Under the pieces are notes generated by a model. The model searched no databases. It was not told the DNA's origin and saw nothing but the letters and a program-made list of their open reading frames with translations. From the sequence record PP885688.1: 64,000 nucleotides of DNA; one strand, 5' to 3'. Made by a program: the position numbers and the translations under genes. This document shows positions 55,095 to 62,799 of the stretch, one piece after another (the first letter of the stretch is position 1; every line of letters starts with the position of its first letter).

Positions 55095-55493
55095 ATGGCG
55101 AAGAAGAGTAAGGTCAGGATCCCACCACCCGCGCCCGCAATCGACCAGTGGTCGTTCCGCACCGCAACGGTCTGCTCCAGCTGCTTCAACAGCAAAGGTC
55201 ACGGTCAGGTATGCGATGGAAAGCCGCTTCGGTTCCTCTCCATCAACGATGTCACGGAGTACGAGACGAACGCAATGATTGCCCAGCTTCGTGAGGAGCT
55301 CAAGACGATCGGCCTCGACTACCTGGTTCACCCTGATCGTAAGGACGGACAGTACGCGCGGGCTTATGTAATTCTTCTCGGGGACCATGTTCCGTATCCG
55401 GAAGAGTTCGACAAGATCTTCCTCCGCGTGATGGAGCCAGACGATCCAGAGGATCTTCCCGTACGGGAACATGCTGGCATAGCTCAGTGGTAG
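55095..55493 (+). CDS. Hypothetical protein (132 aa) with CxxC; 3' end overlaps tRNA-Thr(TGT)
   Basis: AGGAG SD; stop codon 21 nt inside the tRNA. Confidence 0.7.
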   Translation: MAKKSKVRIPPPAPAIDQWSFRTATVCSSCFNSKGHGQVCDGKPLRFLSINDVTEYETNAMIAQLREELKTIGLDYLVHPDRKDGQYARAYVILLGDHVPYPEEFDKIFLRVMEPDDPEDLPVREHAGIAQW

Positions 55494-55547
55494 AGCGTCT
55501 GATTTGTAATCAGAGGGCCGGGGGTTCAAGTCCCTCTGTCAGCTCCA
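55473..55547 (+). tRNA. tRNA-Thr(TGT)
   Basis: TCTGA-ttTGTaa-TCAGA, CCA. Confidence 0.93.
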
Positions 55548-55605
55548 GTCGTTGACAGCGTAAAGTCCGTCAAGTCGAAGACGTAAAAACTTCGGCCAAG
55601 TTTGT

Positions 55606-55683
55606 CGAGGTGTAGCGCAGTCTGGTCAGCGCACTCCGTTTGGGGCGGAGGGGCCAGTGGTTCGAATCCACTCACCTCGACCA
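55606..55683 (+). tRNA. tRNA-Pro(TGG)
   Basis: C1:G72, A73, CTCCG-ttTGGgg-CGGAG. Confidence 0.94.
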
Positions 55684-55719
55684 TCAACATCGAACGCTGT
55701 GTCGTCGCGTTCAGCAAGC

Positions 55720-55798
55720 TGCGGGAATTGAGCTACAGTGCGCTCGCTGGTTTCATATGCCAGAACGTACCCGGTGCCAACTCCGGGTCCCGCAACCA
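55720..55798 (+). tRNA. Non-canonical tRNA(CAT) (Met- or Ile2-like)
   Basis: 7-bp acceptor, CAT anticodon, CCA; D loop lacks GG, T loop TGCCAACT. Confidence 0.65.
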
Positions 55799-55831
55799 AT
55801 CAGAACGCTGAGTCCGCCGCGTTCGTCAAGT

Positions 55832-55911
55832 GTGGTCGTGCTAACTGCGGGCATGTTAGAGCAGACTGTGAATCTGTCTTCTCGTGGGTCCGACTCCCAC
55901 CGACCACCCCA
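55832..55911 (+). tRNA. Non-canonical tRNA-His(GTG)
   Basis: GCAGA-ctGTGaa-TCTGT, C73, CCA; T loop TCCGACT; base -1 is T rather than G. Confidence 0.75.
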
Positions 55912-55988
55912 TGTAGTGATAACCGGTGCTTTCTTACCGGTTAGAAGCAAAAACCCTCGTAACCGGTGGAATTGTACCGCTTATAGAT

Positions 55989-56064
55989 GGGCCGTTAGCT
56001 CAGTTGGGAGAGCGCATTCATGGCATGAATGAGGTCAACGGTTCGAGCCCGTTACGGTCCACCA
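55989..56064 (+). tRNA. tRNA-Ala(GGC)
   Basis: G3:U70, CCA. Confidence 0.93.
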
Positions 56065-56293
56065 CTTTCAACGCACCTCGGAGGAAGCCATGTCACAGCG
56101 GGACGCTATTGGAGCTGTCCAGGATGTGGAGTAAGGCGCGACTTTGATCCGCGCAGCGAGTGTCGCTGCTACCGGTGCCAGGTCACGTTCGATGCGGACC
56201 AGCTCGTCCGCAGTCACCTAACCGGGAATGATGCGATCCCGTTCGGAGAGAAGCTCAATCGTCTCTTCGATCCCGACGCATGAAAAAGTTTTT

Positions 56294-56369
56294 GGGGCTG
56301 TAGCTTAGTTGGGAGAGCGCTTCGTTCGCAACGAAGAGGTCAACGGTTCGATCCCGTTCAGCTCCACCA
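56294..56369 (+). tRNA. tRNA-Ala(CGC)
   Basis: G3:U70, CTTCG-ttCGCaa-CGAAG, CCA. Confidence 0.93.
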
Positions 56370-56494
56370 CAAGTTTGTACAATTCCTGACTTTTGCACAC
56401 ATTAGTACAAGTCAGTGGAGGAAACAATGCGATGCGTAAAGAGACGTGGTGCAAGGGGGCCTATGCGTTAGGTGTCTAAAGGAACACCTACCGT

Positions 56495-56806
56495 ATGTGC
56501 ACTCAGAACTACTGGAAGGACATCGTTGAAACTCGCGATAGTCATGACTGGCCGGATTGGCCTGAAGATACTCGACGCAAGAGACGTTGGAAGCGCAGAC
56601 TCGGTCTCGAGATGGACTCACCCGAGTGGCTGGTCTGGAGAGTCACCTGTAAGCCTCCTGGTCCTGTCAACCGTGACTTCCGTCGTATCACACGCAACAC
56701 CATGAATCGCACCCTGCGCAACGCTATCGCGCACGGTGACGACTTCGAAGACCTCAACATCGAGTCCCGACCTTCCCGGCTGGAAGGGCGCGATCGGTGG
56801 TTCTAA
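56495..56806 (+). CDS. Basic Arg/Trp-rich hypothetical protein (103 aa)
   Basis: Most protein-like frame in the interval; start uncertain. Confidence 0.55.
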   Translation: MCTQNYWKDIVETRDSHDWPDWPEDTRRKRRWKRRLGLEMDSPEWLVWRVTCKPPGPVNRDFRRITRNTMNRTLRNAIAHGDDFEDLNIESRPSRLEGRDRWF

Positions 56807-56809
56807 TTT

Positions 56810-57085
56810 CGGCTCGACACTGGCTATCCCTGAAGGAATATTGCTGGACAGGGAGTGTAGTAAGGCGGTGTCCCCCTATATGTAAGGCCTGCGAAAGGGG
56901 CATGCGGCAACCCGGGGTTCGCCCCGGGACACATTGAGGTGAGCCCCCTAGTAGTCTCTGCCCGTCAAAGGCCGTCCACGGTCGTTGGGCATACGAATGG
57001 GAGTCCCCGTACCCCGGCTGTGGAACAGGCCGACGGTATCGCACGAGGGGAAGACCCGAGGCTCCGGCCTCGGGACACATTAGAA
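56810..57085 (+). ncRNA. Candidate structured ncRNA (~270 nt)
   Basis: No convincing ORF; UUCG-capped 7-bp hairpin; duplicated hairpin+GGGACACATT module. Confidence 0.45.
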
Positions 57086-57090
57086 AGATT

Positions 57091-57165
57091 GGGCGCGTAG
57101 TTCAGCGGGAGAACGTCTGCCTTGCACGCAGAATGTCGGGGGTTCGATCCCCTCCGCGTCCACCA
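57091..57165 (+). tRNA. tRNA-Ala(TGC)
   Basis: G3:U70, TCTGC-ctTGCac-GCAGA, CCA. Confidence 0.93.
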
Positions 57166-57291
57166 CAACATTCAACACAAGTGTCTCAGCGTGGAAACCG
57201 TCCGGCCTGTCGTGATCAGGTCGAAGCCGGATCAACGGTCCACGCGAGGCGATCAGCCGGGTAAGCCACACACGACTTCCCGAGCACCAAT

Positions 57292-57367
57292 GGCCCGTGT
57301 AGCTCACCGTTAGAGCGGCTGTCTGAAGAACAGCGCGTAGTGGGTTGAATTCCCATCCGGGCCACCA
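57292..57367 (+). tRNA. Divergent tRNA-Phe(GAA)
   Basis: GCTGT-ctGAAga-ACAGC, CCA; bulged acceptor stem, D loop without GG, T loop TTGAATT. Confidence 0.7.
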
Positions 57368-57380
57368 AATTCTCAAAACG

Positions 57381-57412
57381 ATAATCACCCTCGTGGCCTC
57401 CTCATGGGTATT
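57381..57412 (+). promoter_or_regulatory. Class B promoter-like motif (ATAATC-N19-GGGTATT)
   Basis: Exact consensus. Confidence 0.75.
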
Positions 57413-57425
57413 ACCCAGACAGGAG

Positions 57426-57698
57426 ATGTACATGAAGACACTTAAGAACGGACTAACGCTCCTCGCGCTAGTTGTCCTGCTCGGATGCACGGGATGCACC
57501 GGCGCAGCGAGATCAAACCTGGCGGCCTACGGGCAACAACACCACATCAAGCAGTTCAGCGGCGGTCAGTTGATCGGCGAGTGGGACTCGACGGGCATGG
57601 TCAGCAACGAAGAGCAGAGCGACGGCATTTACTTCCAAGACGCAGCCACCGACAAGAAGGTGGAAGTCACGGGCACCCTGCAGATCACGGTCAAATAA
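57426..57698 (+). CDS. Putative lipoprotein (90 aa)
   Basis: AGGAG SD; basic/hydrophobic N-terminus with LLGC lipobox-like site. Confidence 0.7.
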   Translation: MYMKTLKNGLTLLALVVLLGCTGCTGAARSNLAAYGQQHHIKQFSGGQLIGEWDSTGMVSNEEQSDGIYFQDAATDKKVEVTGTLQITVK

Positions 57699-57707
57699 AA
57701 AATTTCA

Positions 57708-57739
57708 ATAATCACCCTTGTCGACTCGGCGTGGGTATT
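57708..57739 (+). promoter_or_regulatory. Class B promoter-like motif upstream of rtcB
   Basis: ATAATCACCCT-..-GGGTATT with conserved spacing. Confidence 0.75.
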
Positions 57740-57761
57740 GACCCGGTAGAGGGCCAATACA

Positions 57762-58943
57762 ATGTCGATGCAGTTAGTTGATGGAATCATCCCAGTGTTC
57801 GGCGAAGCAGACGAGAACACTCTCACCCAGATCCGCACGTGCTTGAAGACCGCCGATAAGGTCGCACTGATGCCGGACAACCACCTTGGCTACGGAGTCC
57901 CAATCGGGGGCGTAGTCGCTTACAAGGACGCCATCAGTCCCACCGGCGTCGGATACGACATCGGCTGCGGCAACAAAGCAGTCCGGCTCGACATCAGCGG
58001 CGAAGAGCTCCGCAAGGGCATCTACCGCACGATGAACGAGGTCTGGTCCAAGGTCAGCTTCGGTGTAGGCCGGAAGAACGGCGAGAAGGTTGACCACGCT
58101 CTGTTCGATGACGACGCCTGGAAGTTGAAGGCGATCAGTGGACTGAAGGATAAGGCACGGGCGCAGCTCGGCACCGTAGGAAGCGGCAACCACTATGTGG
58201 ACCTCTTCATCGACGAGCTCGACCGGGTATGGTGTGGGGTCCACTTCGGATCTCGTGGCTTCGGTCACGGTGCCGCAACGTGGTTCCTCAAGGCAGCGGG
58301 AGCGTCGGACGGCATGATGGTGGAGCCTTGTGTTCTGCCGACGTCAGGCAACCTCGGTGCTGAGTATCTGGAGGCCATGCGTCTCGCCGGTGAGTACGCT
58401 TACGCCGGTCGTGACTGGGTCTGCCAGAAGGTCGCGGACATTCTGCGGGCGAACATTGTGGAGGTCATCCATAACCACCACAACTACGCTTGGAGAGAAA
58501 CCCACGGCGGAGAGGATTTCTGGGTCGTCCGTAAGGGCGCTACTCCAGCTTTCCCGGGACAGAAGGGCTTCGTCGGTGCCACCATGGGCGAGGAGTCAGT
58601 CATCCTCGAAGGGGTCGAGAACGAGAACGCGAAGTACTCTCTCTACTCGACGGTGCATGGTGCTGGTCGTGCAATAGGTCGCATGATGGCGAAGGGTATG
58701 GTCGACAAGAAGACGGGCGCTGTGAAGCGTGCTGGTCTGGTGTCGCCGGACATGATGAAGGGTTGGGTCGACAAGGCAGGCATCGAGTTGCGTGGTGCCG
58801 GTATCGACGAGTCGCCTGACTGCTACAAGCGTTTGGACGTGGTGCTCGATCACGTTGCGGACTCGGTCAAGATCTTGCACCGCCTGACTCCGGTCGGTGT
58901 TGCGATGGCCGGAAGCAACGAGTTCGATCCCTACAAGGACTAG
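57762..58943 (+). CDS. rtcB: RtcB-family RNA ligase
   Basis: MPDNH.GYG.PIG, GYDIGCG, GSGNHY, HFGSRG, HNHHN, VRKGAT, HGAGR, DESPDCYK. Confidence 0.95.
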   Translation: MSMQLVDGIIPVFGEADENTLTQIRTCLKTADKVALMPDNHLGYGVPIGGVVAYKDAISPTGVGYDIGCGNKAVRLDISGEELRKGIYRTMNEVWSKVSFGVGRKNGEKVDHALFDDDAWKLKAISGLKDKARAQLGTVGSGNHYVDLFIDELDRVWCGVHFGSRGFGHGAATWFLKAAGASDGMMVEPCVLPTSGNLGAEYLEAMRLAGEYAYAGRDWVCQKVADILRANIVEVIHNHHNYAWRETHGGEDFWVVRKGATPAFPGQKGFVGATMGEESVILEGVENENAKYSLYSTVHGAGRAIGRMMAKGMVDKKTGAVKRAGLVSPDMMKGWVDKAGIELRGAGIDESPDCYKRLDVVLDHVADSVKILHRLTPVGVAMAGSNEFDPYKD

Positions 58944-58990
58944 TAGTGAAGGCCCCGGGAATGCTAACACATTCCTGGGGCCAGCAAGAT

Positions 58991-59067
58991 CGGAATGTAG
59001 CGCAGCCTGGTAGCGCACTTGTTTCGGGAACAAGGGGTCGAGAGTTCGAATCTCTCCATTCCGACCA
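58991..59067 (+). tRNA. tRNA-Pro(CGG)
   Basis: C1:G72, A73, canonical cloverleaf. Confidence 0.95.
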
Positions 59068-59073
59068 TTCATC

Positions 59074-59155
59074 CCCTATGTAGCGCAGTGGTCAGCGTGC
59101 CAGCCACGGTAGCAGAGGCTGGAGGTCGTTCGTTCGAATCGAACCATTGGGGCCA
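59074..59155 (+). tRNA. tRNA-like RNA with an expanded (11-13 nt) anticodon loop
   Basis: Canonical acceptor, D and T arms and CCA; CCAGC-cacggtagcagag-GCTGG. Confidence 0.7.
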
Positions 59156-59171
59156 AGTTTATGAGGAGAGT

Positions 59172-59951
59172 ATGCACCACGTCATCCAAAACGATCTCTA
59201 CAACGAGCAAGGGTTCAACGCTCTGATGGATACGCTGACTGAGCTCGGCGCTCCGTTCACGGTAGTGAAGGTGATCCCGTTCGTTCATGAGCTGGAGCCG
59301 GACATCAACCTTGAAGGTGAGGTGATGGTTTGGGGCGCGACGACGTTAGGGCACATCTCCCGGCTCAAGGGTTGGACGCCAGGTGTGTTCAAGACCGATG
59401 AGTTCGATATGCGTGTGCTTCACGCACGGTACGGCGAGCACATGTTGAATAGTGACGCCGCCTTCTGCACGTTCTCAGAGCTCTCCTTTGAGGGAGTGAA
59501 GTTCGTTCGCCCAGTACACGACTCGAAGACCTTCACCGGCGCACTGGTCCACTCGGAAGAGATGGCTGCGTGGATTGAGAAGGTGCAGAGAGCGGAGAAC
59601 GATGGGTTCACGTCACTGGATAGTGACACGCCGGTGATGTACGCGGACCCGAAACAGATTCAGCTCGAAGCCCGCTACTTCGTAGTTGGTGGCAGGGTCA
59701 TCTCGGGCAGCACGTATCGGGTTCACGGGCGGTCCCAGAAGCACAATCTGGACAACAACCCAAACCTACGTGACCTGCAAGAGTTCGCCCAGTCAATGGT
59801 GGATCGCTGGAGCCCGGATCGGGCGTTCGTCATTGATGTGGCGATCACCGGCGACGATGAGTACAAGGTCGTTGAGATAAACGCATTGAACAACGCAGGC
59901 TTCTACGCCTGCAACATGGGAGCGGTCGTTCGCGCGATCGAATGTTTATGA
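59172..59951 (+). CDS. ATP-grasp domain protein (R2K/DUF4343-like)
   Basis: FVRP..DSKTFTG, EARYFVVGG..ISGSTY, FVIDVA..KVVEIN..NAGFY; GAGGAG SD before ATG 59172. Confidence 0.8.
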   Translation: MHHVIQNDLYNEQGFNALMDTLTELGAPFTVVKVIPFVHELEPDINLEGEVMVWGATTLGHISRLKGWTPGVFKTDEFDMRVLHARYGEHMLNSDAAFCTFSELSFEGVKFVRPVHDSKTFTGALVHSEEMAAWIEKVQRAENDGFTSLDSDTPVMYADPKQIQLEARYFVVGGRVISGSTYRVHGRSQKHNLDNNPNLRDLQEFAQSMVDRWSPDRAFVIDVAITGDDEYKVVEINALNNAGFYACNMGAVVRAIECL

Positions 59952-60325
59952 TCACAGCAAAGCAAGCACAAGCCGCAGCAGCCAAGAAGAAACGTGACGA
60001 AGCGAAAGCTGAACGCGCGAAGGTGAAGGAACGGGCTGATCGCCGCACCTCCGACCGCAAGTATGCAAAGACTCAGGTCCCTAGCGAGCTGGAGAAGATC
60101 GAGGCTCAGATCAAGGAAGCGATCGCTGCCGACGCGAAGGAGACACTTTACATCACGCGCGACAACTATGTTGGTGAGTGCCTCGTGGGGTGGCTCGTCC
60201 CCGCGCTCGTCAGGCTTGGATTCAAGGCTGAGCCGAAAGAGGTATATGTGCCAGGCGAGCGGGGCAGCTATGACGAACCGAGCTGGGACGCATACACGAG
60301 CCACCGCATCAGGATCGCGTGGTGA
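59948..60325 (+). CDS. Hypothetical protein (125 aa)
   Basis: ATGA-coupled to the ATP-grasp gene. Confidence 0.7.
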   Translation: MITAKQAQAAAAKKKRDEAKAERAKVKERADRRTSDRKYAKTQVPSELEKIEAQIKEAIAADAKETLYITRDNYVGECLVGWLVPALVRLGFKAEPKEVYVPGERGSYDEPSWDAYTSHRIRIAW

Positions 60326-60462
60326 GCAACGAGAAGTATCTGCCAACGGTGTTGATCGTCCTGCAGGTTGCCGCAGCGATCGTATACGCCTTTCACAAAG
60401 ACATGCGCCGCACAGTGTACTGGTTCTGCTGCGCAGCACTCACAGCATCGGTCACGTACTAG
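60322..60462 (+). CDS. Small two-TM membrane protein (46 aa)
   Basis: GTGA overlap; MSNEKYLPTVLIVLQVAAAIVYAFHKDMRRTVYWFCCAALTASVTY; not in ORF track. Confidence 0.65.
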   Translation: MSNEKYLPTVLIVLQVAAAIVYAFHKDMRRTVYWFCCAALTASVTY

Positions 60463-60470
60463 GAAATCGA

Positions 60471-60680
60471 ATGCACGCAGAGAAGAGATCAGGTCAGTTG
60501 AACGACGCCGGTGAGGCCGTCTACTTCGTCACAGCCGACGACGTTGTCCTTCTGGCCGGTAAAGTCGGAGTCGCCATCACAAAGAAGATCGCCGAAGAGT
60601 GGCTGAGAGATCCTAAGTCCCGCATCGAGCTCGAAGCTGCGATCGACGAACACATCAAGCACCGTATGCGGTGGTTGTAG
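60471..60680 (+). CDS. Hypothetical protein (69 aa)
   Basis: AGGA SD; 3' part of the 205-aa track ORF. Confidence 0.6.
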   Translation: MHAEKRSGQLNDAGEAVYFVTADDVVLLAGKVGVAITKKIAEEWLRDPKSRIELEAAIDEHIKHRMRWL

Positions 60681-60686
60681 CAACAT

Positions 60687-60764
60687 CCAAGGGTTTCAGT
60701 GGGAGGGCGGCGTGCATCTCGAGTGCACCGGTGCCGGAGCGTTCGATTCGCTCCCCTTGGGCCA
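60687..60764 (+). tRNA. Divergent tRNA-Arg(TCG)-like RNA
   Basis: Perfect acceptor CCAAGGG/CCCTTGG, T arm, GTGCA-tcTCGag-TGCAC, CCA; C at position 33, weak D arm. Confidence 0.55.
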
Positions 60765-60774
60765 AGTTTAGTTT

Positions 60775-60852
60775 CGGGATGTAGCGGAGCCTGGTTACCG
60801 CGCTAGTCTGGGGGACTAGAGATCGCTGGTTCGAATCCAGCCATCCCGACCA
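60775..60852 (+). tRNA. tRNA-Pro(GGG)
   Basis: C1:G72, A73, CTAGT-ctGGGgg-ACTAG. Confidence 0.93.
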
Positions 60853-60855
60853 CAC

Positions 60856-60879
60856 AAGCCACCTTCGGGTGGCTTTTTC
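60856..60879 (+). terminator. Intrinsic terminator ending tRNA array 2
   Basis: AAGCCACC-TTCG-GGTGGCTT-TTT. Confidence 0.85.
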
Positions 60880-60957
60880 TCTTGCCCTCAGCAACGCCGG
60901 ACAAACGGACTTTCGAGCTCTCTTGTGAACGCTAATCCCACAAGAAACCGGTCCGTC

Positions 60958-61725
60958 ATGAAGAATCCCTTCGCCCGCAGCGCTACCAAAGCTTACTGGT
61001 GGAACGAGGTCCCGAACTTCGGGGACGCCCTAGCTCCCCTCCTCCTCGAACGCTACGCCTATCTCTCGGTCGAGTGGGGCTCGATCTCCGAGTCGAAGAT
61101 CGCATCGGTAGGCTCGATCCTTGAACACATTCCGCCCCGCTGGGATGGTTACATCGTAGGCTCCGGCAGGCTCAAGGAGAACTCCGGCCTCCACATCCGT
61201 GGAATGAAGAGCGGCATCACTGCCAAGATCCTTGCACTGCGCGGCCCGCTGACGGCGAAGTACATCCCCGGCAGCTATGCGATCGGCGATCCCGGCCTCC
61301 TTGCCGATGAGCTCGTCGGCGTGCAGGAGAAGAACTGGGACCTGGGCATCATCCCACACTTCACAGATACCGAGCTGGAGCCGAAGTTTCGCGCCATGAT
61401 CCCGAAGCAGCACAGCGTTCGTGTCATCAACCCCGGCGACGACCCGCTCACCGTACTCCGTGCGATCGGCTCCTGTCACCGCGTTGTAACGTCTTCGCTC
61501 CACGGCATGATCGTCGCCGACGCGTTCGGCATTCCTCGCCGCGTTGAGTACACCAAGAAGATGGACAACGACGGCGGCGACTTCAAGTTCCGCGACTACA
61601 GCGCCAGCATCCAGACTCCGTTCGTGACTGGCAAGATGACCGAGGCCAATCGCCCGGTTGTAGAAGATGTGAAGTTTGCGATCTACGACGCCTACCGTGC
61701 GTTGGCGGCGGCGGTGTCCAAATGA
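60958..61725 (+). CDS. Polysaccharide pyruvyltransferase family protein (ExoV-like)
   Basis: NFGD.L.P, VGSIL, LRGPLT, GDPGLL, GIIPH, VTSSLHGMIVADAFGIP. Confidence 0.85.
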   Translation: MKNPFARSATKAYWWNEVPNFGDALAPLLLERYAYLSVEWGSISESKIASVGSILEHIPPRWDGYIVGSGRLKENSGLHIRGMKSGITAKILALRGPLTAKYIPGSYAIGDPGLLADELVGVQEKNWDLGIIPHFTDTELEPKFRAMIPKQHSVRVINPGDDPLTVLRAIGSCHRVVTSSLHGMIVADAFGIPRRVEYTKKMDNDGGDFKFRDYSASIQTPFVTGKMTEANRPVVEDVKFAIYDAYRALAAAVSK

Positions 61726-62696
61726 TCGCTCTGATAGTTCTCACAGTTTTGTTAGGGGTTTTCATGATCAAGAAGGTTCTCTCGAAGTGGTTCAACCGCC
61801 GTGGTGCGGGCATCAGCATCATCATCCCGTTCCGTGCCCCGAAGATCCCGGACGAGCGTGTCCGCAATATCAACTGGCTCAAGCACTACTGGAACACTCA
61901 TCTCCCCGGCGCGGAAGTGATCGTCGGTGAGGACGTGGAGTGGTGCCGTGCGTTCAGCAAGTCGGTCGCGGTCAACGATGGTGTCTCGAAGTCCAGAGGC
62001 GACGTGCTGGTGATCGTTGACGCCGACGGCTATCTGCCGATCGAGCAGGTCCTTTACTGCGCCGAGGAGATTCGTCAGGCCCGCAAGCTTGGCCACCGTC
62101 TTTGGTTCATGCCCTACCGCAAGTTCTATCGCCTCTCGAACCCTGCGACGCTGCGCCTGATCAATAGCGACATTCGCAAGCCGTATGAGTTCCCCGAGGA
62201 AGTGAACCCGGAGGACATCCTCAACCTCCGCGACGCGAACCCGAACATCGCGCACCGCTACGGCGCACTGATCCAGATCGTCCCGCGTGAGGCTTTCGAA
62301 ATCGTCGGCGGCTGGGATGAGCGCTTCCGTGGATGGGGCGGCGAGGACCATGCAGCGATGCGTGCCACCGACACTCTCTACGGACCGCACAAGACCCTAC
62401 CGACGCCGGTCTTCCACCTCTGGCACCCAATGATTGGAGACAGCGGCAAGAAGGATCTCGTGGACTGGAAGGAGCGCCGTTGGGAAGGTCAGGAAGACTC
62501 TGGCATCAACAATCAGCTCAGCTATCGCTACTACCACGCCTTCGGCAAGCACAAGCTTATGCGGAAGTTGGTCGATGAGTGGATCCGCTTGAAGCGCGAA
62601 GGTAAGCTCGGCCCCAGACCGTGCGACCCGGACCCGCCGAAGTGCGACCACAAGCACCACCACCCCCATCACCCGTGCGGTGGGCACTCAATCTAA
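61722..62696 (+). CDS. Membrane-anchored GT-A fold glycosyltransferase (GT2/GT7-like)
   Basis: N-terminal TM, IIIPF, KSVAVNDG, VDAD, GGWDERFRGWGGED; His/Cys-rich tail. Confidence 0.85.
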   Translation: MIALIVLTVLLGVFMIKKVLSKWFNRRGAGISIIIPFRAPKIPDERVRNINWLKHYWNTHLPGAEVIVGEDVEWCRAFSKSVAVNDGVSKSRGDVLVIVDADGYLPIEQVLYCAEEIRQARKLGHRLWFMPYRKFYRLSNPATLRLINSDIRKPYEFPEEVNPEDILNLRDANPNIAHRYGALIQIVPREAFEIVGGWDERFRGWGGEDHAAMRATDTLYGPHKTLPTPVFHLWHPMIGDSGKKDLVDWKERRWEGQEDSGINNQLSYRYYHAFGKHKLMRKLVDEWIRLKREGKLGPRPCDPDPPKCDHKHHHPHHPCGGHSI

Positions 62697-62763
62697 GTTC
62701 TCATCCACCAGGCTGTGGAAAGAGATCCAGGGCCGTCCACCAAGGGCGACCCCAGCCACAGAG

Positions 62764-62794
62764 AAGGACCCCTCATACGGGTCCTTTTTCTTTT
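62764..62794 (+). terminator. Intrinsic terminator
   Basis: AAGGACCC-ctcatac-GGGTCCTT-TTT. Confidence 0.8.
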
Positions 62795-62799
62795 CTTCG

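Noticed and set aside
55920-55976. TAACCGGT repeats and an 8-bp hairpin after tRNA-His
   Set aside because: Too short to call; it may be a simple processing stem.
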